DNA of 64,000 nucleotides from a virus (IMGVR_UViG_3300037400_002699:1-64000), one strand, 5' to 3'. Counted from the stretch's first letter, positions 17,939-26,933 are shown. The notes: generated by a model from the letters alone, not told the origin. Translations and numbers: made by a program.

Positions 17939-18661
17939 ATGAGAATCGAAAACAAGACAAGAGAGCAAGTAACTAACTTGATTGCAAAACACATCAAGGA
18001 GTGCTTTAAGACTATGGGTAGCCGTACCAATATGAATCTTGACATCGACCTTTCTAATTGGGTGTGCGGCATGGGACGTGACAAGAAGTGGAGCAATTCA
18101 GAAATCCGCTTTGGTGGAAACTCTTACATATTCAAGGACAAGGAAATCACTGATGCAGCATTTATCCGTATGCTTAATGATGCTGCTGCCCTTTCCAATG
18201 TAAGATGCAAGGTGTATAGCCAAACCTATGGTGATGGTTACTGGACACCGCAGGAGGTACGTTTCGAGAGATTGGAAATTTATGCCAAGCCATGCAAGGA
18301 GTTCATCAGCCTATATAAACTATTAGAGAAGTATGCTGACAAGTCACTGGGCGAAACAGAAGTGTTCTTTGCAAGGGTATGTGGCAAACGTTCAAGTTGG
18401 TCGGAGAGTGGCAGACGTTCATATCTCTGCTATGATGCCAAGCAATGTCAGAACATCATCGACACCATTCGCAAGCACAGAACAAGCAAGGACACCCTTA
18501 GATTTGACGTAGAAGAGTATTTCTCTCACGGGGACGAATGCGAATATAAGATAGCACAATACCAAGAATCAGAGTGGTATGGTAGCAACCAAACCAAACT
18601 GCATATCACCATCAAGACACCAAACGGCAAGGTTAAAGCAGACTACAAGTTTGGTGTGTAG
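17939..18661 (+). CDS. Hypothetical protein
   Basis: 240 aa ORF. Confidence 0.75.
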   Translation: MRIENKTREQVTNLIAKHIKECFKTMGSRTNMNLDIDLSNWVCGMGRDKKWSNSEIRFGGNSYIFKDKEITDAAFIRMLNDAAALSNVRCKVYSQTYGDGYWTPQEVRFERLEIYAKPCKEFISLYKLLEKYADKSLGETEVFFARVCGKRSSWSESGRRSYLCYDAKQCQNIIDTIRKHRTSKDTLRFDVEEYFSHGDECEYKIAQYQESEWYGSNQTKLHITIKTPNGKVKADYKFGV

Positions 18662-18892
18662 TACTTTTATAAGTACATATTGCATAATGCTATACGATTT
18701 AAGTTTTGATTAATTATGTTTCATACTTAGCCAGCATCAGTTGTGAAACTCGTGCTGGTTTTTTTTATATGTATATAAGACTTAAAAAAGTACATTAGTT
18801 ATATACACAACATAATACACATATCACCACATTATATAATACCATAACACATCATATATGATTATCATAATGTAAAATAATATTATTGTGTA

Positions 18893-18908
18893 TGTTCCAC
18901 GTGAAACA
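18893..18908. promoter_or_regulatory. parS centromere-like site
   Basis: TGTTCCACGTGAAACA, exact match to chromosomal parS consensus. Confidence 0.8.
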
Positions 18909-18959
18909 TCACACATACATCACGACGTACACACATAACACGTCGTGCTACACCACAAG

Positions 18960-19285
18960 CACACCAGCACGACGGACACCAGCACTCCCAGCTACCAGCG
19001 ACGTGACAGGCGACAGGTACACACACCAGCACTCCCAGCCACCAGCCTGCAAGCTACCAGCATACCAGCAGGAACACCAGCCAACTACCATCCTGCTGGA
19101 CTCTGGACGGCTACCAGCATCAACCAGCCTACCAGCATGACGACCCCCTATATAACCCCCTACCCCCTACGATTTGTCAAGATTTTTCTTTGACACATAT
19201 TACTTCGTAATATAATAGATTTGCCGCTTGTAAGAATTTTTTACCTCCCCCAGCCTGCTGGTAGCCAGCACTCCCAGCATCACAC
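18960..19285 (+). repeat. Dispersed CCAGC (GCTGG) repeat tract, C/A-rich non-coding region
   Basis: 16 CCAGC copies on the plus strand; CCAGCACTCCCAGC three times here and again at 20940. Confidence 0.75.
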
Positions 19286-19409
19286 CCTGCTGATTTCTAA
19301 AAATTCCTTAAATTTCCTAAATTTCTCATAAATTGTTTGGTGGTTTGCTGGGAAAGCACTAATTTTGCACCCGAAATTCAATGTTTAATTTAATTAAAAC
19401 TTAATCGTT

Positions 19410-20936
19410 ATGGCAAAAATGAATTTTTCTCAGTATCAGTTGAACATCTTCAACGAAGTTGAAAACGGTAACACAAACCTTGCTATCAATGCAGTTGCTG
19501 GTAGTGGTAAGACCACCACAATTGTGGAATGCTGCAAGCGACTCCACTTGGGCAAATTTGACGTGAAGTTTTTGGCGTTCAATAACTCTATCGTTAAGGA
19601 GTTATCCTACAAAATTGGCTCTTATGCCGACGTTTCAACCCTGCATTCTTTTGGCTACTCAGTACTGAAAAAGATTGCTGGCAAAGACCGTAAATTCAAC
19701 ATTAACGATAGAAAGTATATCAATATCATTAAGACTGATAATATGCTTTCCCTTAATCGTGATGATAAGGACTACATTAAGGCTTTAAACAATGCTGATA
19801 AGTTGTTCCGTTTGTGCCGTATTAACCTTATCCAGCAGGGTGATATTGAATCTATTAAAGCCATTTGTGAGGAACACTCTATCACTCCGCTGGCTAATGA
19901 AGTTAGTGTAGTTAATATCCTGCTGGCTGATGCCTATGAACTTAACCTTAATGGCAAGTTGGAAATTGATTTTACTGATATGCTGGTGCTCCCGCTTTCC
20001 TATCCCCAGCAGATTCCCAGCTATAAGGTGGTTTTCATTGATGAATGCCAAGACCTATCAGCCGCACAACGTGAACTGATGCTTGCAGCCGCAAAGGGGG
20101 GCAGATTTGTAGCCGTTGGCGATAGACGACAAGCTATCAATGGTTTTGCTGGTGCTGATTGTCAGTCATTCAATAAGATTGCTACACTCCCCAACACAAA
20201 GGAATTGCCCTTGTCCGTGAACTATCGGTGTGGCTATAACATCATTGAACTTGCCCAAGAGATAGTGCCTGAAATCCAAGCTCATCAGGGTGCTATCGCT
20301 GGCGAAGTTTCCAGCACTAACAATGTCACTTTAGACACGTTTAAGGCTAATGATATGGTGCTTTGCCGTACCGCTGCTCCCTTAGTTGTTATGTGCCTTA
20401 AACTTATCCGTGCTGGTGTAACGGCAGTTGTTAAGGGTCGTGACATTGCCAATGGTCTTATAACTATGATTGATAAGAGTAAGGCAAAGACCGTGAAGGG
20501 CTTTGAAACTTGGGCTGATAACGAGAAAAACAAGCTGGCTAAAGAGATTGCAAAGAAAGAGCAAATGACCCCAGAGGAAGCAAAGGAAACTGGTAGATAT
20601 ATTGCCTATTGTGACCGTATCGACTGCATTCTTTGTATTGGCGAAAATAACTCTAACTTGGATGCAGTTAAAAACACTATTGAGCAACTTTTCAATGATG
20701 CCAACATTGCCAATGCCGTGACGCTTAGTACTTGCCACAAATCAAAAGGTTTGGAATCAAATAGAGTTGTTATCCTGCTGCCTAATAAACTCCCGCTTAC
20801 TTGGAAAGGGCAAAAGGATTGGGAGTTAGAGCAGGAAATGAACTTGCGCTATGTGGCAATAACACGAGCCAAGAAAGAATTGGTATTTGTCAATATGGAG
20901 CAAAAAGACCTTTTTGCAGTGGAATTTAAAAAGTAA
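19410..20936 (+). CDS. UvrD/Rep-family SF1 helicase
   Basis: AVAGSGKT, DECQD, VGD..QAI.GFAGAD, LSVNYRC, TCHKSKGLE, YVAITRAK motifs. Confidence 0.93.
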   Translation: MAKMNFSQYQLNIFNEVENGNTNLAINAVAGSGKTTTIVECCKRLHLGKFDVKFLAFNNSIVKELSYKIGSYADVSTLHSFGYSVLKKIAGKDRKFNINDRKYINIIKTDNMLSLNRDDKDYIKALNNADKLFRLCRINLIQQGDIESIKAICEEHSITPLANEVSVVNILLADAYELNLNGKLEIDFTDMLVLPLSYPQQIPSYKVVFIDECQDLSAAQRELMLAAAKGGRFVAVGDRRQAINGFAGADCQSFNKIATLPNTKELPLSVNYRCGYNIIELAQEIVPEIQAHQGAIAGEVSSTNNVTLDTFKANDMVLCRTAAPLVVMCLKLIRAGVTAVVKGRDIANGLITMIDKSKAKTVKGFETWADNEKNKLAKEIAKKEQMTPEEAKETGRYIAYCDRIDCILCIGENNSNLDAVKNTIEQLFNDANIANAVTLSTCHKSKGLESNRVVILLPNKLPLTWKGQKDWELEQEMNLRYVAITRAKKELVFVNMEQKDLFAVEFKK

Positions 20937-21459
20937 CTCCCAGCACTCCCAGCACAATCCCCAGCCGATATGGTTGGGGATTTTTCTTTTATCCCGATAT
21001 AAGAGAAATACGGATGATGCCCGTAAACCTATCAGAAATCGCCCACAATGGGCGAACACCCAGCCAAAGGTATAATTAACCCCCAGCACCACTTTAAGCG
21101 ATTGTGGGCGTTTTTTCGCTGGTTTGCTGGTATCACCCAGCAGGGATAAAAATCGACCTATTAACGCACAAATTGGATAATACGCAAAAATTGGCATTTT
21201 TGCTATTTTAGAATTAGCAAAATGATGCCTTATATCTATTTCTTATGATTGGAAACAAGAAAAATGCACTTTTTTGCGAAAAAAATCGTTTTTTTCTTGC
21301 AGGGATGGAAAATAATGCTTAACTTTGCAGCAGAAATCAGAAATGATGCGCTCTTTGACATATTGAAACACAATGCGGGTCACGGCAAAGTGGCAAATCA
21401 GAGTTAATTAACGTCCGTCCTACGGACACAATTTTTTAATTACTAATTGTACTACAATT

Positions 21460-22113
21460 ATGAAAAAGAACATTGCAATGCGGATGATTATCTCATTCGT
21501 TGAATTAACCGAGATTTTAGTAAACTTGTTCGGAACAAAGAAAAACGGCGAGCCTGCAAACGGCTGCGTTATGTGTTCGGCTACTTGGTTCAAGGACACT
21601 GATTCGTTCAATAACGATTTGGTAGCCGTTAAGCTAAACGGGGTCGGCAGGGCACTGAAAGTTAATAACCCCTACTACAATCGCTTGCAGGCTATCAAGG
21701 TCGGCAACAATATCCAGTTTGGTTATTCATACCAAAACGGGGTCAATAACCACCTGCACAAGCAGGGAGAAGAAAAAACCTTTGAATCGGGCAAACTCAC
21801 TTGGGGACACTGGTATAACTACAACGGCATCGAGCAGGTAAATAAGATTATCGAGCATAACGATAACCTTTACATACGGCTCTATTACTGCAAGAACACT
21901 GCTATCGACACTATCTATTTCTTAGACGGAAAAAGAGTTACCGATAAAAACATTATCGCTGACATCGAAAGCCACATCAAGGAAAGAGATTGGAACATTA
22001 AGACACAAGAAAATGCAGGTCTTGCACCCGAAGAGCAGGTACACCCGTTTGCAGTCAAATACGCAAACCTTAAACACATCAGCATCGGTGGCGGTAGATA
22101 TACGTTACTCTAA
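21460..22113 (+). CDS. Hypothetical protein
   Basis: 217 aa ORF, promoter TAACTTTG at 21320, terminator at 22121-22149. Confidence 0.75.
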   Translation: MKKNIAMRMIISFVELTEILVNLFGTKKNGEPANGCVMCSATWFKDTDSFNNDLVAVKLNGVGRALKVNNPYYNRLQAIKVGNNIQFGYSYQNGVNNHLHKQGEEKTFESGKLTWGHWYNYNGIEQVNKIIEHNDNLYIRLYYCKNTAIDTIYFLDGKRVTDKNIIADIESHIKERDWNIKTQENAGLAPEEQVHPFAVKYANLKHISIGGGRYTLL

Positions 22114-22120
22114 GAAGAAA

Positions 22121-22149
22121 AGGTAGTCGGAAACGGCTACCTTTTTTTT
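22121..22149 (+). terminator. Intrinsic terminator
   Basis: AGGTAGTCG-gaaa-CGGCTACCT + T-tract. Confidence 0.75.
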
Positions 22150-22460
22150 GTGCCCATACGCCAACTATCAGCCTGGCGATTCCAGGGCACACACACCCGC
22201 ACACATACACGCACACGCATAAGGAAACACACACAATATCAAAACTTTCGATTTAAGGCTATTTTTAAGCCTTCTGACAGGCTTTTGTTACGTTTTGGTA
22301 TAGTTTATAGTCCATACCAAAAAAAACGGCTTAAAACGCCTTATTTTAAGTCTAACCCAGTCAGCATCAGGAACTTATGGTAAAAAGTTTTTACATCAGC
22401 CACTTACATATAGTATATAGGTTTTTTTATTGGTAAAAACTCTTTACATCGCCCAGTATA

Positions 22461-22507
22461 CCCCCCACCTATCCCCCCACCTATGTCCCCCACCCCCAGC
22501 CCCCCAG
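22461..22507 (-). other. G-quadruplex-forming sequence (five G5-6 tracts on minus strand)
   Basis: Plus strand CCCCCCACCTATCCCCCCACCTATGTCCCCCACCCCCAGCCCCCC. Confidence 0.6.
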
Positions 22508-22737
22508 TTTTTAACACTATGTGGGTTGGACAGTTTGCTAAATAAAATTTCGGAAAAATTTTTGCCATTTGTTGAAGGTGGCCGCCTTTTTCTTTTTCAT
22601 CATGTTGTTCGAAAAAAATTCTGGAAAAAATTTTTGAAAATTCTGTAGACGGGTTATTATTTATAGGAAACGATATACTTGTTGACACTAAATTATATAA
22701 ATGCAGTCCTTATGGCTGCATTTTCAGTATATACTGA

Positions 22738-22744
22738 TATTTAT
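22738..22744 (+). promoter_or_regulatory. Putative phage late promoter TATTTAT(A)
   Basis: Same motif about 10-60 nt upstream of genes at 22777, 23304, 31176, 43393, 44713(-), 52739(-), 52803, 57991, 60390, 63963. Confidence 0.6.
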
Positions 22745-22776
22745 TAGAAAATAAGATATTAAATACGTATTTAGAT

Positions 22777-23208
22777 ATGAATAAGAAACTTATAAGATTA
22801 ACAGAAAGTGACCTTCATAGAATTATCAGAGAGTCAGTTAAGAGAATTATCAATGAAAAAAGATACGAAGATTTTGATGATGATGCTGACTGGAATGGTC
22901 CAAGTGAAATAGACCCTGTAGCCTATGATAATTTTCGTAAGGGGCTTGAAAATAGCGAATCTTGGTATCACCAAAAGAAACAAGATGATGATGAAAAACT
23001 GTATCATGGATATGAAACTGAACCAGAGTGGTATCGTAATCATAATGTAGACGTAAGTAATCCTCCTGGAAGGATGGCTATGAATGCAATGGCAACCGAT
23101 GAAGAAGACCCAGAAGGCACTATTAGAGACATATCACGTAGTTATAATGGAACATGGAAATCAATGTTACCAGCAGCCGAAAGATTTGCTAATAGAAAGA
23201 AAAAATAG
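22777..23208 (+). CDS. Putative head-internal protein with N-terminal IRLTESDLHRIIRESVKRIINE motif
   Basis: Motif shared with 43393 and other late genes; late promoter upstream; terminator at 23223-23250. Confidence 0.75.
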   Translation: MNKKLIRLTESDLHRIIRESVKRIINEKRYEDFDDDADWNGPSEIDPVAYDNFRKGLENSESWYHQKKQDDDEKLYHGYETEPEWYRNHNVDVSNPPGRMAMNAMATDEEDPEGTIRDISRSYNGTWKSMLPAAERFANRKKK

Positions 23209-23303
23209 CATAAAAAACAAAAAGAGCAACCAAAAGTAGGTTGCTCTTTTTGGTGTCAACAAATATATCGTTCCCTATTTATATACATAATATATTATAA
23301 CGA

Positions 23304-24089
23304 ATGAACAAAGATAGTCAGTTACAAAGAGACATTGAAGGATTAAAAAAAATGGGGGTAGATGTTTTTGATGAAAAATATGCTCCTAAGGCGCAGATGG
23401 AAGTCACGCCAGATAAGCAAGTGGAAACAAAAGAATATGTTAATGTATGTAACTTTGTCTATAAGGGTAAGAAGATAGAGGATATTGGCGATGGTGATTC
23501 TTTCGCTTATTTTCCTTGTGACATATATGGTACTCCTAAGTTATATTATGGTGATTCTCATTTTTCCTGTGCTGGTCAAGCATTTGACGACATATTAGAT
23601 TCTTTCAATGCTGGTAGTTCATATTATTGGCTTAACGACCACGAATTTGATTCTACTATAGAAGAGATATGGTGGAACAGTAGTGAAGAGCGAGGCAGGG
23701 TATTTTTTGGGAAATACATTGTAGTTGGCGAGGATGGTCATATACCTTCTCGTGAGTACGTATTGGGTATAATTAAGTATATGGGTGGCAGTCCTAATGA
23801 TTACACAATACTTTTCAATTGGGGCGACGAGGTAAAGGAGCTTCCAGTTAGTTCTTTTTTATCTAGTAATATGAACACTGGCATTAAGCCTTCAGAATTG
23901 CCTGTGCCAGATATTATTAAGAGGATATATGATGAAGTTACCAACAAGAGAGCTGCTGTTGACAAGAAATTCCCTAGTAATATGACGAGGGCTGAGTATT
24001 ATTATTACGCCAGGCAGGAGAGTAGGTTAATAGACAAGATAATAGTTGAGGTTATAAATAGTCATCTTAATAAGGGTTTAATTAGATAG
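23304..24089 (+). CDS. Hypothetical late protein
   Basis: 261 aa; TATTTATA at 23276; C-terminal QES.LIDKII.EVI motif variant. Confidence 0.75.
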   Translation: MNKDSQLQRDIEGLKKMGVDVFDEKYAPKAQMEVTPDKQVETKEYVNVCNFVYKGKKIEDIGDGDSFAYFPCDIYGTPKLYYGDSHFSCAGQAFDDILDSFNAGSSYYWLNDHEFDSTIEEIWWNSSEERGRVFFGKYIVVGEDGHIPSREYVLGIIKYMGGSPNDYTILFNWGDEVKELPVSSFLSSNMNTGIKPSELPVPDIIKRIYDEVTNKRAAVDKKFPSNMTRAEYYYYARQESRLIDKIIVEVINSHLNKGLIR

Positions 24090-24212
24090 TATTATGGAAT
24101 CACTTTCGCAAGTGGTTGAACAGATATGAGAATAAGATGCGTACAATTATTCCTAAAATGATAAATCATGTGATTAATCCTCCTGTCGAGTAACCCCGAA
24201 GGAGAGGAAAGA

Positions 24213-24248
24213 AAAAAAGAAAGGAGACTGCTGAGGTCTCCTTTTTTT
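24213..24248. terminator. Bidirectional terminator at strand-convergence point
   Basis: A-tract, AGGAGAC-tgctgag-GTCTCCT, T-tract between convergent gene blocks. Confidence 0.7.
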
Positions 24249-24249
24249 A

Positions 24250-24645
24250 TTATAGGTTTTTTACTCTATTCATTTTTGCTTCCAGCTCTCTCTTCTTTTT
24301 TCTTAGGATATTCATTGAGAGTTTCTTTGCGTCATCCTTGTTAAGGAAGAGTATATGGTTGGAGGCTATGAATCCAGTCATCCAGGAATCGTCCCTACTG
24401 TTCTTGTGTACGTAGAACATTGGGATGTTGAAGTACTTACTGGAGTTATACATTCTAATTAGGCACATATGTCCTGGCTTTGGGTTTGCCACATAGAATG
24501 CTTTCCCTGGTTCTATGACTGTAAGTTCTCCAGAGTTCCTGTTGACGGTGTAGAGTGTTACATCTAGAGTTGGCTGTTCGTCCTCACCTTTTGCTTGGTA
24601 GAGGTGATACTGGAGGTCATCGAATGTGAGACTACTGTTCTTCAT
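24250..24645 (-). CDS. Hypothetical protein
   Basis: ORF-track frame, ATG at 24645 (MKNSSL) overlaps upstream stop. Confidence 0.65.
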   Translation of the reverse strand: MKNSSLTFDDLQYHLYQAKGEDEQPTLDVTLYTVNRNSGELTVIEPGKAFYVANPKPGHMCLIRMYNSSKYFNIPMFYVHKNSRDDSWMTGFIASNHILFLNKDDAKKLSMNILRKKKRELEAKMNRVKNL

Positions 24646-24979
24646 CCTTGAGACCGTGAATTGGATTTGAGCATGATGCTGTATGGGTGACAGTTGTTGC
24701 CACGCCTCCACGAGAGTCACCAGTGTATGATACTGTCATTATGTATTCACAACCGTCATACTTAACGACATAGACCTTGGTGGTTGCTGTTGACCACTTG
24801 TCGATGACTCCAATCTCTGTGAAGAAAGTGGAATCATTGAACTGTACCTTTTCCTTTGCCTTATATGGGCTTATGGCTTCCTTGTTTGCGTCTTCGCATG
24901 ACGAAGCACTAAAGAGTATGAGTGCCACTACCAACACCAGGTATGGCAACAGGAACTTACTGTTAAGAAATTTTTTCAT
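24632..24979 (-). CDS. Lipoprotein
   Basis: Basic N-terminus, hydrophobic helix, lipobox-like ASSC. Confidence 0.7.
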   Translation of the reverse strand: MKKFLNSKFLLPYLVLVVALILFSASSCEDANKEAISPYKAKEKVQFNDSTFFTEIGVIDKWSTATTKVYVVKYDGCEYIMTVSYTGDSRGGVATTVTHTASCSNPIHGLKDEEQ

Positions 24980-24987
24980 ATTGTTTT

Positions 24988-25842
24988 TTATTTTGGAAAA
25001 TACAACTTTAAATTTGTATAGGTATCATCTGCGATTTTCTTATAGAGGTCTACCCTGCCGACACCATTGCATTGATGGTACATGTCTGTAATAAGGTGTA
25101 GTTTTGGTTCACCCATTACGAACCCACGTTCCTCATCAAATCTGTTTTTCTTCTCAGAAACCAGGAATGCTTTATGGGCATATTTCTCACTTTCGAAGTC
25201 ATATGACACCTTAAGCAAAGGTGCTTGATAAATTGTTCTCAGCACCTCGAACATATGGTCTTCCATTTCTGGTGATTTCTTTCCTGTCTTTTTCTCACGT
25301 TCCAGCTTCTCCTTAAGTAGAATTTGCCAGATGCTTGCCCAGTTTGATTCATATGGGTGAACAAATGAGTCTTCCCTTTCCTCGAAGAACACCTTACCTA
25401 TATATGGTTTAAGAACCTTATGCCAACAGTATTTTGAGTCATCGTTGAGAGTGAGTCCATTGGATATGTCTGGGAGTGGTCTATCATCGAGCTTCTGTTT
25501 GACTGGATTCCAGATAACTCCAAGCTTTGCCAGTGCGATGTTCGTTATGGATTTCTCAGCATCAGTTGCTGGTTTCATATTGTCGGTTCTGAAATTGGAG
25601 CAGAAGTACGGCACACCAGCGTAAACGCACTTTGTCCTTGTCTTATCCCAGATGAAGTCACCATTTGTGAGCTTCTTCGTTGAGTGCATTTCACACTCTG
25701 CTGTATAGATGAGTTGTACAACTGTATGTGACCAATCAACCCTTAGGGGCCTACACTCTATGACAATGTAGACTGTCTTGAAGTTGCTACAATCGTGTAT
25801 TGTCACATAGTCTCCTCTCTTTGGTAAATCAAACTTGCTCAT
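24988..25842 (-). CDS. Hypothetical protein
   Basis: 284 aa ORF in minus-strand operon. Confidence 0.75.
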   Translation of the reverse strand: MSKFDLPKRGDYVTIHDCSNFKTVYIVIECRPLRVDWSHTVVQLIYTAECEMHSTKKLTNGDFIWDKTRTKCVYAGVPYFCSNFRTDNMKPATDAEKSITNIALAKLGVIWNPVKQKLDDRPLPDISNGLTLNDDSKYCWHKVLKPYIGKVFFEEREDSFVHPYESNWASIWQILLKEKLEREKKTGKKSPEMEDHMFEVLRTIYQAPLLKVSYDFESEKYAHKAFLVSEKKNRFDEERGFVMGEPKLHLITDMYHQCNGVGRVDLYKKIADDTYTNLKLYFPK

Positions 25843-25889
25843 ATTTCATAATGTTCGTTATACTTCTTGTCTTAAAATATCGGCTTCTG

Positions 25890-26189
25890 TCATTTTTTCA
25901 CGTAATCTGGTTTACCTAATTGGATTCTGAATTTCTGTGCGCACTCCTGGCAGAGGAACTGATTACCATTGTCAGTGATAATCAGATACATATAGTCTTC
26001 GTCCTTGAAGGGTTTCTCACAGTTGAGGCACTTGGTCTGAGATAGATGCCATCTGAGGTTATGTTTAACTGCCATTTCATGGAACTTACCATAGTTGAAC
26101 CTAGCACCATTTTCTGGTGCTACGTCTTCCACTGTATATGTAGTGGTAGTGACCTTTACAATCTTTGGGAGTTCATTACAATCTTTCAT
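25890..26189 (-). CDS. Zinc-finger hypothetical protein
   Basis: CLNC...CQEC pairs. Confidence 0.7.
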   Translation of the reverse strand: MKDCNELPKIVKVTTTTYTVEDVAPENGARFNYGKFHEMAVKHNLRWHLSQTKCLNCEKPFKDEDYMYLIITDNGNQFLCQECAQKFRIQLGKPDYVKK

Positions 26190-26515
26190 ATGATTTTCTT
26201 TTTATTGATTACCGTTCCTTCGAATGCTTCATCATAGGGGATTGCTTCATCCTCATGTATGAAGACATCGTATCCAAGCACTGGAATTTCCTCGTCGCCA
26301 GTCTCCCACAGCTTTTCACAGATGTAGTATGGTGGGTGTAGTTCACTCACTCTAAACTTGGCATTGGGCTGCGTGACAAGTACCCTGGTGATATGCATGT
26401 CGTTGGGGAAATCCTTGTTAATTTCCTTCTCTGTCCTAAGTCCATAGTAGTACACGTCTTTTGTCTTGTCCTTTGAGCCATCAAAGGAAATCAACTCACC
26501 TATTTTATACTTCAT
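26186..26515 (-). CDS. Hypothetical protein
   Basis: 109 aa, 4-nt overlap with neighbour. Confidence 0.65.
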   Translation of the reverse strand: MKYKIGELISFDGSKDKTKDVYYYGLRTEKEINKDFPNDMHITRVLVTQPNAKFRVSELHPPYYICEKLWETGDEEIPVLGYDVFIHEDEAIPYDEAFEGTVINKKKII

Positions 26516-26933
26516 TGTTTGCTAATTTTTTCATTAATACCATGTCTGAAAGTTTCTCAGCCACCTTGAAGCCACAGCTCTCGTAGAACTTGACCAGGCA
26601 GTAGAGGGGGATATCGTCAGAATATCTTATTGTCGGTTTTGCTATGAGGGTGATATTGACGTTGCTGTAGAGTTTCACGGCGTATTCAACAATCATCTTA
26701 GCCAGTCCCTTGCGTCTGTACTGTCTATTCGTTCTCAAGTCCCAAAGCCATACATTGCTGTTTGGCTCATTGGTTACAGGCTCTATAATGATTGAGCACA
26801 CAATCTCATTGATGGTGGTGTCACGCACTGCTATCTTGGTAGCACCGTTATTGCCATAGTTGACATGGCACACTGTTGTAATATATCTTTTATCCATTTT
26901 ACTTGAGCGCATTAATTTGTTTAAGTGACTCAA
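26505..26933 (-). CDS. GNAT acetyltransferase
   Basis: YRRKGLA acetyl-CoA motif and KFYESCGF. Confidence 0.8.
   Translation of the reverse strand: MSHLNKLMRSSKMDKRYITTVCHVNYGNNGATKIAVRDTTINEIVCSIIIEPVTNEPNSNVWLWDLRTNRQYRRKGLAKMIVEYAVKLYSNVNITLIAKPTIRYSDDIPLYCLVKFYESCGFKVAEKLSDMVLMKKLANNEV

Noticed and set aside
18886-19193. ORFs 18886-19140 and 18945-19193
   Set aside because: Translations are low-complexity products of the CCAGC repeats, with GTG/TTG-type starts and no A-rich start context.
22150-22688. ORFs 22150-22383, 22404-22688 and 22430-22648
   Set aside because: They derive from AC-repeats and C-tracts in a non-coding structural region.
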